From contig ML978121.1 in assembly GCA_010015805.1 (NCBI GenBank), forward strand, positions 620,001 to 684,000: a stretch of DNA of 64,000 nucleotides. The letters are read 5' to 3'. Made by a program: the position numbers and the translations under genes. Source of the stretch: Rhizodiscina lignyota (taxonomy: Eukaryota). The notes under the pieces were generated by a model that had not been told where the DNA came from, searched no databases, and worked only from the letters and a program-made list of their open reading frames with translations. Below are positions 34,673-47,822 of the stretch, in pieces (position 1 is the first letter of the stretch; each line of letters starts with the position of its first letter).

Positions 34673-36524
34673 ATGGCAATGCTGCCATCACATCAACACC
34701 GCTTCTCTGCGGACATTGACAACCTGCTCGACTCTCATCCTTCTCTCACCGCCTCCCTAGAAGATTTCGAACACGACGACACGATGCGTTCGTCGCCACT
34801 GTTCGGCATCCCCTCTCAGCACTCGGGCTTCCGCTCTGAGCCCTCAGAATCAGAGCCCGAGTCCGAGCCCCCAGCGCCTTGGAGCCCGCCGGCCTGGCGC
34901 AAACACGCCAGCGGGTGGTATCAGCAGAATCGCTTTACGAGCGATAGCCGGAGCCCTAGCCATGACGATCGCCATTCGAGCTATGAGAGCGCTGCCAGCC
35001 GTGGGTATGGCCACTACGATGACGAGGGCGATCTTACTATTCCAGCAAATATCCCTCTACCTATTAGCCCCGAGAAGAATACCCCTCGGAGCACCGCCGA
35101 GCCTGAAGGCGACGATGAGATGGTCGGCTCGCCATCCCCTGGCCCCCTGGCTCCACTTATAGTTGGAGATAGCAGGGACGCGTCGCTCGCGCCGCAAGAT
35201 ACGGCTAATAATTGTATAGACCCTTTGACAATCAATTATATAATCTTCAATCACTGACCCCTTGTAGACATCCGCTTCGCTGTTCGCGCTGAGGTCCAAC
35301 ACCGCACTGAGCCTTTCGAGGCAGCATTCACGTTCGTCAAGGAGAAGATCGACTTCTTCACACATTCATGGACCTCAACTATTTGTTCGATCATCGTTGG
35401 CCTTATTGTCTGGACCCTCTTGAGCAATTTGTTCTCACCGCCGCATTTGGGCGAGGCTCCAGACCTTGTTAAGGCGGCTGGATTGGTGCGCTCTTTCGAG
35501 CCTCTAATTACTTACTCCGAGCATGGTGTTCAGCAGGTTACTGAGCTCCAGGACACTGGTGTTGCGGTTTGGGACTTGGCCGAGAGCGTCCGCCAGACTA
35601 ACATGACCTCCGCTCCAATCATCGTAGCAGAGCTCGATGACCTTAGCGGTGGTCTCAAGACTCTCGCGATCGAGCTGACTCGTTTCTTTGCGAACGTCAA
35701 TGGCGACGTTGATAGGTAGGATTTGACCAACTTGATCTCAATAGCTAAACTAACAATCAAACAGTATCCTCATCGTAATCGACTGGGCCAAGCGCGAGCT
35801 TACCAAAGCTCAAACACCCACCCAGGGCTCATTTTCTGCCGCGTTCACCAATATTCACTCAACTTTCTGCAGGCTAGGTCTTCTCGAGAAGGCCGGCAAG
35901 CCCACACGCATGGGCAAGATCATGAACGATGTATTCGGTCAAACCCCGCCGCAGAAGACAAAGGCCGCCCTGCAGCGCACTTTCAACGCCTTCCTCAACG
36001 TGCTCGAGGAGAGCATCAACCAGGAGCTTACGTACTCGACGCTGCTGTTTGGTCTGTTCGAGAGCATCGAGCGCCAGTTCGTCAATCTGGCGCGCGCAGT
36101 CAAGCGCGAGGAGGACATGCAGATGGAAGAGGAGGCAGAGTTCCTGAGCAGCTTGTGGGTCCAGCTTGTGGGTCCGAATGCGAATGAGGTGAAGAAGTTT
36201 GCGCGCAACAAGATCCTGCTTGAGACGCTGCGCAACAAGACTCTTGCGAGCAAGTCTGCCGTCGCCGACCATAACGGACGCCTCTTGATGCTGAAGGAGA
36301 ACTTGGAGGTGTTGCGTCGCAAGCTAATTAGCCCCTTGGTGCGTGGAATCGACAGCAGCTTGAGCATCGAAGAGCAGGTTGCCGGATTGGAGGACACGCA
36401 TGTGTATCTGAAGGGCGTGCGGGAGAAGCAGCGCACCCACAGCTTGGATATGCTCTATTCTGCCGGCCGTGGTAGGACCATCCTCGGCACGATGGATACG
36501 CGTGAAATTGATGGCGCTTTCTGA
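34673..36524 (+). CDS. Hypothetical protein: disordered N-terminus, one TM segment, helical C-terminus (3 exons)
   Basis: ORFs 34673-35257, 35420-35719 and 35910-36524 are linked by GT-AG introns near 35213-35268 and 35716-35764. Motifs PWSPPAWR, PDLVKAAGLVRSFEPLI and LTRFFANVNGDVD. Function not recognised. Confidence 0.75.
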
Positions 36525-36797
36525 AAGGCGAACGACTAGATTAAAGGTGTCTCGGTCAAGGGCTTGCGAGGCGCAGAAAAGGATCTTTCTATGCATTGGG
36601 CAAGGTAAATCTCGGAGTTAAAAGGGCATTGATTTAATTGATATCCATAAATCCTTGGGACTCACATGGCATTGCGTATTATTGTACATAGATCATGCGG
36701 AGTTTCGGTATCAATCGTCCACAAGATCTTCGACAGGCTATATCTTAAAAGACGCAAATATTGACATTCAAAAGAATCAATCCAAATGTGTGGTCTC

Positions 36798-38292
36798 CTA
36801 TCCCCTCATCGTCCTCTTCTTCTGCGCTTTCCGCGCATCCTTCTCTCGCTCCTTGTCCAAGAACTTCCGCTGCTGCTCCGCATTCATTCCCTTGAGCTTC
36901 GCCTCGCGCTCTTCCTTCTTTCTCTTATCGCCTGCGGTCTTGAACTGCTCCGCCTTCTCGTCCTCGTCGACCTTTCGAATCTTGCGAATCTCCTCCTCGC
37001 GCGTTTGCTTGATGCGTCGCATGACTTCGGGACGCCAGCGCGCATCCTTGACAAGTTGGTCGGTGAGCCGAATAAAGCATTGGAAGAGAGGGACCGTTGA
37101 TTCGTATGCGCTCGGACTGGAGCCGGAAGGCAGGCGGAGAGCGAGAGAGACACGCTTCTTTGGGACGGTGTCATCGAGCCTGGCGCAAAAGTTAGGGTGC
37201 CATTCTAAGTTATAGCGGCAGGTGTATCAGGAACTCACCTCTTCGGCTGGTCGATAGGTTGGTCACTAATAATCAACCCGTCCAGTACTTCTCCTGCTTG
37301 CGCCACGGCCTTGATTAGCTCAGGCGTAAGAAGCGTTTCCGTGATTTCTGCGTTCTCCGTCATCACTGTCGCCCAATCCGGCAATTTGGGATGATCTTTT
37401 GTGGTCGTCAAACTTAAATCGTATCGGTCATTCCGTAGCCTCTTCATCATGTCCTTGTGGACGATTGCCCAAACGAATCCCTCATATCCTGAGTTAGGAA
37501 CCTTTGTATCACCAAGAGTCCTGGGCGTCACGAGCGATGTCTCCCGGGCATCGAAAGAGTACGCCGTAGCCTCCATACGCTCCTCGGGAGCTGGAAGACT
37601 ATCGAAGAAGAAACTGAGCACAGTCTCTCCCAATAGCATGAGTGGGTTGTACCGCTTCAAGAGCGTCAACTTCAAATCCACAAACGCGATGTTCTGGCGC
37701 CCCGTGGCGTACGTGGTATATTCATCTGCCTTCCTCTCTTTCAGGAACTCCTCTGGCTTTACCAATTCACCATCCTTGGCAATTTGTGACTGCAGTAGGC
37801 CCTGGCTCTGCACATCATCCGCTGTAATCGGAGTCTTGCCACCGCCATATCCCACAGAAGCGAACTCCTGCTGAAGAACTGGCGCGTGCGCTGTGATCCA
37901 GCTGCGCGCCTTGCGCTTGTTCGTCTTCGTCCCCCAGACGTGGATCACAACGAAGATGAGGACCACGGGGAGGATGAACATCTCCTGGTAGAAGTCGGAC
38001 ACCTGCGTGCGCTCCCATACCCGATACCATTTCGTGTAGGGTCGCGCTGCAAGGCCCGTTGGAGAGGCTGCGATCGGACTGCTATCCGCAGCAGAAGGCG
38101 CGGCATGAGACGCTGGTGAAGGCGATGCGGCGGTCGCATAGTCGGCGAAGTCTGCGAAATCTGGTCACGCAAATTAGTCTCCAAGACAGGTGCTTCAATT
38201 GCTGTCGTGTGCCTACCTGTGTCGGCTGCAGGCGCGGCAGAGGACACGGAGGATTTGGCGCCTCCGAAGAGGCCCTGTAGGAAATCCGCCAT
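36798..38292 (-). CDS. CCDC47/DUF1682 ER membrane protein (PAT complex subunit-like)
   Basis: KWYRVWER, TM segment ILPVVLIFVVIHVWG, NKRKARSW, YATGRQN, FVWAIVHK and a charged C-terminal coiled coil (AEQQRKFLDKEREK). Confidence 0.88.
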
Positions 38293-39959
38293 ATCGACAG
38301 ATAACGTTGAAGCTGGCCTAGAGGCCTGAGAGTAGCGGCGAAGTGTCGCACTCAATCAATGGCTCCTCAAAAGAGCTGCGGGGATGCGAGGCTACGAAGC
38401 TCCTGCGAAAAGCTGTAGCTTCCATGCGCCAGGTTCGGGGGGCGGGAGGCCGGCAAATGATTATCCGTTTGTTCGATACTGGGCGACGTCAGGCAGGGCA
38501 GGACGTGCAGCAGAGATCCACCCACTGAGTAGTACAGGCAAAAGTCACAAGGGAAATGTCCGAAGAATGAATTATTGTTTTCCATCTTGAAAGCATCCAT
38601 CCCCGAATCACCGCAGGTATTTGCAATTGCCTGCATGGTCAACAATAACCGAGTCTGCAAGCATCGCTCTATGGCTTAGAATCTCAGGCAGACATGAAAG
38701 ATCGGATACTCCCTGGCATTCCTCCCGTCGTCTCACACCGCCGTTCGGACCACTTTAATAAAAGTCGCAGGCTTCACTTCTTCCTCTGAGGACGAGAGAA
38801 CTGATGCTCATGAAGCGGTCAATTTCTCCTCATGAGCATGGTTCTTATCGAGACACGCATTTACCTGTGCCTCCAAGAAGTTATTCAGAAGTTCCGTGAC
38901 CAGTTCCATTGGGTCAACAGGAAATGGCGTCCATTGACCTATCAGATATCTCTTGTGTAGGTTTGACGCCTCTCGCTGCACTCTCAATCTCCATCGGATC
39001 AATTTTCTCTCACTTTCGTTCGATTCATATTTGTATTCATCTGCCCTGAAGCTCGATCTTTCCCTTCTTCAGGCCTGAAGCAGACTGGCGATTTGTTGTG
39101 TAAATATTTTAGATTATAAATAGTCAGCCGATCAAGCCCTTGTTTCATTTTCGGAATTGGCGGTGCAGGTCTTGCAGCATCTGAAAAACCCGACATCTGG
39201 GTTCTCCGGCTTTATGGAGTGAGTTCACCGCCTTCTGTCCATTTTGCCTTTCTACGCCCCAGGCAGGAGTTGCTCTTTGACTAATACCGTTTCGTTATGT
39301 TTTCAGGTCCATTCTCCGACCCCTACTTTCCCAGATATTCCTCTGTCAAGTATTACCTCGAGCTCGAGAGAGACAGGCGTCAAGAGGTCTATTAGTAGTG
39401 CCATATGAGAGCGGAGATTCCTATTCAGGGGAAATGCGGTCTGAACTGTTTTGCTGGGAATTGTCACAACAATGAATCCTGGACTTTCAGAAGTCTTTCG
39501 GGGGGCTTGCATGGATAATCTTTTCTATCTCCTCCACCATCGCAATATTCCGCAGACGAAACGGCAATCGAGTCAAACAACCTATTCTGAACGAGAACAA
39601 TCATCACAAGGGGCTTTGCAGCTATTGGAGACGGACAACATATTATCTGCGACAAAAAAACGTAGTCGAATGTTTGAGTTTGTCATGCCTTTCCTTGTGC
39701 ACGATACGGTAAACATAGACACACAGAGCACAACAACAACAACACCTCAACACGATACGTGTGCTACTCTTCACAGGCCAGCATTGCAACATAAATCAGC
39801 ATGAATCAAAGGACTTCTCTTATTACAATTGAGAGCAATAGTTTGCTTCTCCACCTTCAAACAGAGTCTGCGAAGTCGCCATCATCAGGCCGGGCAATTC
39901 CAGCAAATACATTCCCCTCGCAGTCGCCAACGTCCTCTTCCTCAACGCCCGCATCCAAA

Positions 39960-40721
39960 ATGTGCAAACTCGACAGGCACAGCTGGTCCTGTGGCCACAA
40001 CACCACGGTAGTCAAAGGGACTTGCCAGTATGTCTCCTTCGCCAATGGCCATCAAAACCTCTTCTGCACCCACATCGCGCATACCTCCGGTACTGCGGAA
40101 TTTCTGATCAAGATCAACTTTCCTTGCCCACATTGCCTACGTCGTCCCGATACCGTTCGTCATGAATTTGGAGCCGGCGCTGAAGGCGCATACCGCGCTC
40201 GGATCGAATGGGACAAACAACTCTATGCCACTCTGCAAAAGCAGTACCGGGTGTGGGGCCAGACCTACCACGAGCTCAGTTGGTCGGCGCGCAACGACTG
40301 CCGTCTCACAGATCGTAATGAGCATCACATTCGGCTCGTAGAGGCAAATGACATCAGGCTCACCGAGGGGTTCAATATAGTGAACAAAGGCATCGCCAAG
40401 TCTCTCGAAAGAGCATCAGATATCATCCGGCCAAGATTCGCACCCTCTCCGGTACCGAACACCGAGGTCATCCGCTGCCTTGAGACCATCGAAGCTGCCG
40501 AGGCCGGACTCGACAAGCTGTCTTCGCTGGTAGTCAAGCTGGAAGAAGCCGTCACCGCACGCCAGCTACTCGCTGCGAGTGCAGACGATGCGCGCTTGCG
40601 ACTCTCAGCGGATGAGGTGGAGACTGCCGGCGACGTGCTGGAAATAGCTAGATCGCCGATTATGGAGCAGCACCAGGAGTTGGTGAATGCGCGCTGGCGA
40701 TGGGAGGCGACGCTTTGGTAG
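39960..40721 (+). CDS. Hypothetical protein with N-terminal Cys/His cluster
   Basis: Intronless ORF. ATG in an AAAATG context. MCKLDRHSWSCGH...C...C...CPHC, then a helical region. Confidence 0.65.
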   Translation: MCKLDRHSWSCGHNTTVVKGTCQYVSFANGHQNLFCTHIAHTSGTAEFLIKINFPCPHCLRRPDTVRHEFGAGAEGAYRARIEWDKQLYATLQKQYRVWGQTYHELSWSARNDCRLTDRNEHHIRLVEANDIRLTEGFNIVNKGIAKSLERASDIIRPRFAPSPVPNTEVIRCLETIEAAEAGLDKLSSLVVKLEEAVTARQLLAASADDARLRLSADEVETAGDVLEIARSPIMEQHQELVNARWRWEATLW

Positions 40722-41494
40722 ATGCTGGTTGCTCCTTATTCATACAACTATACCATGTGCACGGGCAGTACTATTGCAATGCTTGTTACGTATGTACAGA
40801 CACTTCTATAAAACACATGAATATTCGTGTTTGTCGCCAATCGTAGAAATGGTTCCGTCTAATACTTTGACACGTCCTTAGGCGTGACGGCGACCCCTAC
40901 CTTGGGCGCTTAAATCTCCAGCGGACTTGCTTTTTGGCATAGCACGTTGAAAAACGTAGAAGGTCAAAGAAGTCAAGTAATATGTTTCTTCAAGTTGGTG
41001 CGAACCATGTATGGGAAGTGCACATACAATCAACTGAGCGCTCAGTGAATAATGCCTCGCGGAACAAATATCGTCCACAAACGGGCTGTGCAAGAATCCA
41101 CAGGTATTTTCACAGAGGCCTAAGAGGGATCTTGTCGGCTTGAACTGAAACAAACTTATCGATAGAGCTAGATCGGAAGCCTCCTCAGTCGTAGCTCTAC
41201 ATTAGACAACTCTGCCAATGTCACCTCCGTAGAGTTAGCAAGCCACCCATCAACATCCGCACGAACCTTGAGCTCGCCATTTATAATAAAGTACGTGTCT
41301 AATGTCCTGATCATTCTCTCAAGCACTGCCGCGTCCTCCTTTGGGTCATTCTCGCATAGCTTAGACTTTCCCCCAATTAGCAATTGCGCCCCCGTGAAAT
41401 GTGTTGCAGTAATTTCCTCGCGTTTATTTCCAAGCTATCCTGAGTGTACAACCGACAGTTATGTCGCTGCTCTTCGACCTGAATGACAATCCAT

Positions 41495-43289
41495 CTATTG
41501 CTGAGCACTCTGCAACGCTTTGGCATCGCTCTCCTCCCACGGGTATTCTACTTCCACATTTTTGATAAGCTGTTCGTGCACCTCGCTTCTTGGCTTTATC
41601 GTACAGCCAAATGGAACAGGGTGGCTGATAATGCCGGGTGTAAACTCTACTTTCGGTTCAATTTCCTTCCCATTGGCGTCTGTCGCCTTGCTTATGTTAA
41701 AAGCGGCCAGTGCTGATGCGATGGTGAGGAACACAGAGCTATCTGCGAGCACACGTCCGGGACATATCCGACGGCCATATCCGTAGCAATAATTCCTTGC
41801 GTCTGGCTCCGCGTTCTCCCCCAGAAATCGCTCTGGCTTGAACTCCATCGGCTCGTTGTATACTTTCGGGTCGTGGAGAAGCCACCATGAATTTGCAATA
41901 ATCAAAGACCCCTTCGGAAGTAAATAGCCGTCGTAGATATCATCCTCCTCGGTCAGATGTGGGATTGCGAGCGGCGCAACTGGATGCCAACGAAGCGCCT
42001 CTGTCACCACGGCTTCGACATAACGCAAGTTGTCGCGATCCTCGAAAGTGGGAAGTCGAGCGGTGCCAACGATACGATCGATTTCTTCTTGTGCTTTCCG
42101 TTGAACTTCAGGAAACAGCGTCATCGCCAGGAAGAAACAGCTCAGGGTTGATACAGTTGTATCAGCACCCCCTGTATAAAGGGATGCTGCTGACCATTTA
42201 ATAATAAACTCGCTCTCCGGAGTGATACGTTCTTGTCCCGGTTCTTCGAGAAGCTTCGACACAAATGACGGATGGTAATGTTTCTGGGCCATTTGTTGCT
42301 TCACATAAGTAAACGGTCTATCGACAACGTCCATCAGGGTTTTGTGCCAGAGTCGTGCGGTTCGCTTGAAATCTGTTCCAGGCACCCAGTCGGGCATGTA
42401 TTTCACTTTAGATATTTAGCTTCATCTCGGGAGATGTTTTAAGAAAGTCTTACAGAAAGGCATCATATCAACCATCCACGCTCCAGCAGTTACTGCGGAT
42501 GAGAATTGCGCAAGGGCTGCGTCTGCAAGATCTACTAACGGATCTCTGCTATGCGGCTCAATCGTATAGTCGTACGTTGCCTTGAGAATGATTGCCCCTG
42601 CCTCACTAGTGATTTGGTTAGCTCAATTCAATTCCGCTGCGGTTATCTCCACTTACGTGCGGATGTGTTGAATCACGTCTGCCGGATTGTTCATAGTCCG
42701 AAACAGAAAGCGCCGTACCTCAGCCTCCTGTAATGGATAGAACTTGGACACTGCAGCCTTCGTTCCAAGAATGGAATACGCGTATTTGCGAGCTGTTCGA
42801 TGGCGTGGTCCGTATGGTAGGCTTGAGATCGTGTCTTTCCAGCCACACCTAGACAATAGTCAGACACGTGCAACAACCAATCGTACCGAGCGATAGCCAA
42901 CATTTCAAACCCAAATACTAGACGTGGCCGAGAGGAATAGTTGGTCGAGCGCCTCTCCATGAGATCAATAGCTGCTTTCGAATCATGGATGAGGACTAAT
43001 GTCTGACCCAGAACGGTGATAGAGCTAATGGGACCTGAGTGCCAACTGTCAGTTTTGGGCAGTTCTGCAAACAGGAGGGTTGTACAATACCGTAGCCATC
43101 TTTCAGCTTTTTCCAGTGCAGCCATTCTGGTTGACCGGGTGGAGGCAAATCCTTGATATTTCCGAGAATTGGAAGTCCCTTTGGACCAGGTGGAAGTGGT
43201 GCCTTTCTCTGCTTATCAAAGACCAGCCGTTTCACAACATAAAGTGCTGCTACAGCCAAGGCAAGTTGAATGTAAGTGACCGAAGACAT
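41495..43289 (-). CDS. Cytochrome P450 (OrdA/CYP620-like group), multi-exon
   Basis: N-terminal anchor plus LPPGPKGLPILGN; I-helix YTGGADTT; EALR (ExxR); PERF; heme motif YGYGRRICPG. Confidence 0.93.
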
Positions 43290-44759
43290 GCCTGCGGTCT
43301 GAACTTGAACTTGAACCTATGCGAGTGCCACGTGGAAAGGCGGAAAGTTTCACAATATTCAAAGTCCGCAAATTCCAGGAGCATATATAGCAGACGGACT
43401 AGTGTAAATAGATGACAGATGAAAGCGGACATATTTCCATATCAGCCCTAAGGGTTGAAGGGTGCATCCGAACAAGGATGGGTCGACCCGCAGTGCGGCC
43501 GCCTACATGGTCTTCGATATTTCCAGTGGGATTGAAGCACTCATCAGTAGCGGGTTTTGAGCCGCGCCGCTGTACACCAGATTTCGCAATCAGCTTGTCC
43601 AAACATTTGAAACCTTTCTGACAGTAACGCTTAACTCAAATAGTTAGGCGCCATCCGTGAAGCTTCCGTGATTCGCAAATGAGCAATTGCGTCCGGTTTC
43701 AAGCAAATAGATGTTATATCGCAACAATACTCTGACAAGGCCCTTCCTGACCCGCCTGAGGGGCTACGTACAGAGCGCTGATCGTCAGCAATGCCCACTT
43801 GGACATGCGAATGGTACAGGGCGTGGCTTATTCAGCTGCGATCGCGAACGGTCGATTTTAGGTTGTCCCACGATGCTTAGGAAGCTTACTGCGTTGCACA
43901 AAATGCGGAGAATATGCCTAATTCAATGGTGGATATTGTGGAGAGTCGCCCGGCGATGCAGTGGAGATGGAGTTGCGGCTGAAGCCCATGGAAGAAAACT
44001 GAGGGCCCAATCGGGTTAGTCTACATGCTTCCATCGCATGGCAGGGATGGATGCTCTCGTAGACAACGACATCAATTCTCGACCACACAACATTTCTTAC
44101 ATCTGGTAGCTACTGCCCTTATAACCTCTCTTGATAACATACAGCTCTTTAAACGTATACAGGGACAATATCTTGAAGATCATACGTAATAGTTACAAGT
44201 TTAGAACGGTTAAACGCAATAGTCCGAAGAGGCTGTCCCAGGTCGCAATCATGAGTCTTACTTTGCGCCTACGGGATTACTGATATGTTCAATATCAAAG
44301 GATAGACCAAATCGCCGTATGCAGCATCTCATCTTTTGATTAGCGACCCTTCAACTGTCCTGAACTGGTCCATTGCCCGATTGGCCAGATTTACCGAGTC
44401 TGAACAGTAATCGGCCAATCTGAGTTGACGCCCTTGAACGAGAGGCAGGCAGGTGATAAAATAAACTTGAAACTCTACTATTCACTCTCTTCGGTCTCAG
44501 CCCCATGAACAGATATCTATCTCTGGAACTAGTTCCCGCCTCTTTCTATTACCCTTTACATCGCCATTCTCCAAAGAAGAAGCCCAGGGATCACGGCTAT
44601 TGAAAGGGTATATTCTAGTTCTCAAATGCGATCCTTCCTTTCTCGGCCCTGAACGTGCCTCTGGCTTAGAGCAGGTTTCAATAGGGCCACTGAGGTTGTC
44701 CAACATTCCACTGTTTCTTCTAGGAGGGGAGCCACGTCCGGCCAAATATATGTCGCTAC

Positions 44760-45100
44760 GAGTCTTTGAAATAATCTCGTAGCAGGGCTATTTCCTTGCA
44801 GCTAGATCTACAGGAGTCAAAAAACGCCTACATCGTTCCAGCCTTATCTATCATATAGTTTCTTGCCAACTGAAACGATAGTCTCAGTCTTCTAGCACAT
44901 CAGATCTACGCCTCGCAATCCTTCAATCGGCTTGAGCGGATGCTATGCACTGCGCAAGGCTTGGGCAAGTTGAATGATTGAGCGCCACAAGCAGACGGTT
45001 GCACATTCCGCTACACTCCACCATTTCCGCAACTATATCATAGGGACCTAAACACAAGGCTGCAGCATGAATGCTTAATTGATCGTCGTTTGATACCTCA
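44760..45100 (-). pseudogene. Possible decayed ankyrin-repeat fragment
   Basis: Stop-interrupted ankyrin-like pieces IHAAALCLGPYDIVAEM, CIASAQAD*RIAR and TPVDLAARK*PCYEII. Confidence 0.3.
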
Positions 45101-46100
45101 AATAAATACCCTGTTGGGAATTTCTGCAACTCAGCCCAGTGAAGAGGCCGCACGACATGCGACACTAACCGAATACGATCGCGGACAACCAGCTGTGGAA
45201 AGGCTCAGCAACAGCTCTTTCTCTAAAAGCTAAAGGCCTCGAAGCAATCATTTATCCAGCAGTTTCAGCTTTGGGGGCCGAGTGGGAAACAATTTTCCCA
45301 TCGGGCTTTGTGGATGTTTTCGACGTTGTTGTCCACTAGCAGTGTCCGCTCTGCCCGACTCGTTTTGCGCCTGCGCTACCGCACGGAACGGATCGTACCT
45401 GGTGGCCGTTGGCCCTGCTCGGGCTGAGAAATGGGCTGCGCTCGAGAGGACATATTCGGACTTGCCTTTGTGGCTTGATTGCGCCATTTGATGGGGAATC
45501 GAGCTTCTGCTCTCAGGGTGGAGGCTTGCTAAGCAACGGCTGTCTGCTTCCACTTTCGCCTCACTTTCTCCACACTTCGAAATACCTCTCAAACTCAACT
45601 AATATCTCTCATCATACAAGAATGAACGTGCTATAGAGCAACACTCAACGTATCTTCTGCATGGAGGCCTTCTGCCGAGTCATCGGACTGATGCTGGCAG
45701 CAGACTGTTCATCGCTGCGCCACGCCTTTGCCGGTAGCCTTCCTGCCTCAGCCCCCGAACTTCCTTTACAAAATGCACCTACCTAGGGCCAAACTCCCTG
45801 GAGGCAGAGCCCATGGGACAGAAGTCAGGCTGTCGAGATGCAGAGGTAGGTGGTGCTTGCCTGGCTGCCCACAGCGGTTCGCATATTTGCGGCAAGTATT
45901 TTATTAAGGCTTGGTGACGCCACCCTCAAAAGAATTTGAATCCCGAATTCTATCGCATTTTGTGCCCTCTATCTTTCAAATACTGTCCTTCATCCTTAGC
46001 AATTTAGCTTATTTATTCGTCCTTGTCAACATACCAAGATAAACCCGCTCATAGCAGTCGTTTCCGACCATTAGCTGGCGGCGCGGCGAAGACACCTTCT

Positions 46101-47822
46101 ATGGCGACGACTCTCAAGAGAACCAGCTCTATGATGGAGTCACCGCCACCATCGACATCTCTCAGCAGGAGATATTCAGGAACAATTTCCATGAGCTGTT
46201 CTCGATGCCATCACATGAACTTGTTTCGCAGAATCGAATTCTTCTCCAGGTCCGGCGACCTTAACACGGAATTTCGCTGTGAGGAATGCGAATTCAGACC
46301 ATTTGTCCTTGGTCGCAGCGCAACGATAGCATCCATCATTTCGCAAGAGTCCTTACGTGGATTCAGAGGTTTCTATAGCGGCGGCCTCCGAAGGTACGAG
46401 CGCCCACAGCGCCCACGCGAGATCCCATCTTGTGTCAATCGGCAGCCTCACAACTCGGAGCATAATACTTCGCAAGGGGCCACTAGAGATGGCTCGAGGG
46501 ATGGCCCAAGTCGACTCGAATCTGAGATCAGAGTTTCAGGGGAGCGGTCTAACGATCATGCCCCTTCGAATGGAAGTGTCCCAGCCGCCGGGCCAGGAAG
46601 AAGTTCCACATCACAGAAAGGGCCATCTACCTCAGAGGGATCCACCCCAGGACAGCGACAACAAGCTGAACCGAGGCCCGATTCTACGCCTATTAACACC
46701 ACTGGCGATTTCACTTCAGCCCCACATCAAAGTCGACATATACTCCGTATCAAAAACTTCTTTCGTTTCAAGCTGGCCTTATCAAGAGGCACTGGAAATC
46801 GCAAGATGCCAGATTCACACTCGCCGTCTTCTCCCCTGTCGGGCTTAGGACGCAGATTAAGGGTTTGGCGCCCAAATCGTCGCTTGGACAATCAATCCAA
46901 CTCGACCCCGCCGGAAATGTCCTCCGTAGTGTCACTTCCAAATCCACCAAGGCTCCCGGAACTTCCATCCTTTGCTGATCCGCTTGTTGATGGGAACACA
47001 GAGAGATTTCTTCAGAGTGATACAGATGACCGTACACGGCCTCCCGAAAGTTTGGAACCTGTCGATCCCCTTGAGGCTCGTCGGGAATCTGCCAGAAAGG
47101 ACTATGCGGACACACGAAGAGATATCACCAGAAAGATGGAGCGGTGGACTTGTGACTGCGGCAGAGACTGCACTTGTCGACAGGAGTCTTCGGACCGCTG
47201 GAGCTGTCGTCGGCGCTGGTTCGCGACCTCTGAGGTCTCGAAGAGTCATCTCAGTGACGTGGAAGACGCTCCGGATGGCCAGCAAAATGACTTACTGAGC
47301 CATGTAGTCCGCGACACCAATCCATTTGGTAGTCAGTTGTCAATACCTCCTCCGTCATTCACCATCAGCGAAGGGGAGAGCGATAGACCTCGCCTTGCGC
47401 CAAATGCGAGCCAAACCTTCTCAGACACGTCGCCATCTTTGCGAACTAGCGAACACCGCGATCTCTCGGCGAGCGATTCCGCAACTGCGGTGACAGGTCG
47501 CAATTATAGCTTCGACAATCGAAGCCTTACCTTGCTCAGCACAAGTCCTCGCAATAGCGTTGCGAGCGCGGTTGAGTCTTCTTCTAGGGTGGGAATGGTT
47601 CATACGATGAACCCTTCTGCTGTCAATCGTCACAGCATACCGCGGACAGCTCTTCCATCCCACTTTCGATCATTATCAGCTATTGGTGAATCGCATCGCA
47701 CCATATCATCGCCAGGTCTGGTTCCGCACAGAGATGCTCCACAACCACCACGAGCTCCTCCGAACCTTGACGTAGAAGTTGATGGCGTTATTGGTTCGGA
47801 GCATTCTGATGTGTCTATCTAA
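46101..47822 (+). CDS. Hypothetical Ser/Arg/Pro-rich protein with CxxC...CxxC and CxCxxxCxC motifs
   Basis: Intronless ORF of ~573 codons; CSRCHH...CEEC and CDCGRDCTC; otherwise low-complexity. Confidence 0.7.
   Translation: MATTLKRTSSMMESPPPSTSLSRRYSGTISMSCSRCHHMNLFRRIEFFSRSGDLNTEFRCEECEFRPFVLGRSATIASIISQESLRGFRGFYSGGLRRYERPQRPREIPSCVNRQPHNSEHNTSQGATRDGSRDGPSRLESEIRVSGERSNDHAPSNGSVPAAGPGRSSTSQKGPSTSEGSTPGQRQQAEPRPDSTPINTTGDFTSAPHQSRHILRIKNFFRFKLALSRGTGNRKMPDSHSPSSPLSGLGRRLRVWRPNRRLDNQSNSTPPEMSSVVSLPNPPRLPELPSFADPLVDGNTERFLQSDTDDRTRPPESLEPVDPLEARRESARKDYADTRRDITRKMERWTCDCGRDCTCRQESSDRWSCRRRWFATSEVSKSHLSDVEDAPDGQQNDLLSHVVRDTNPFGSQLSIPPPSFTISEGESDRPRLAPNASQTFSDTSPSLRTSEHRDLSASDSATAVTGRNYSFDNRSLTLLSTSPRNSVASAVESSSRVGMVHTMNPSAVNRHSIPRTALPSHFRSLSAIGESHRTISSPGLVPHRDAPQPPRAPPNLDVEVDGVIGSEHSDVSI

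Noticed and set aside
41495..43289. Secondary-metabolite cluster around the P450
   Set aside because: No backbone synthase, transporter or cluster regulator is nearby.
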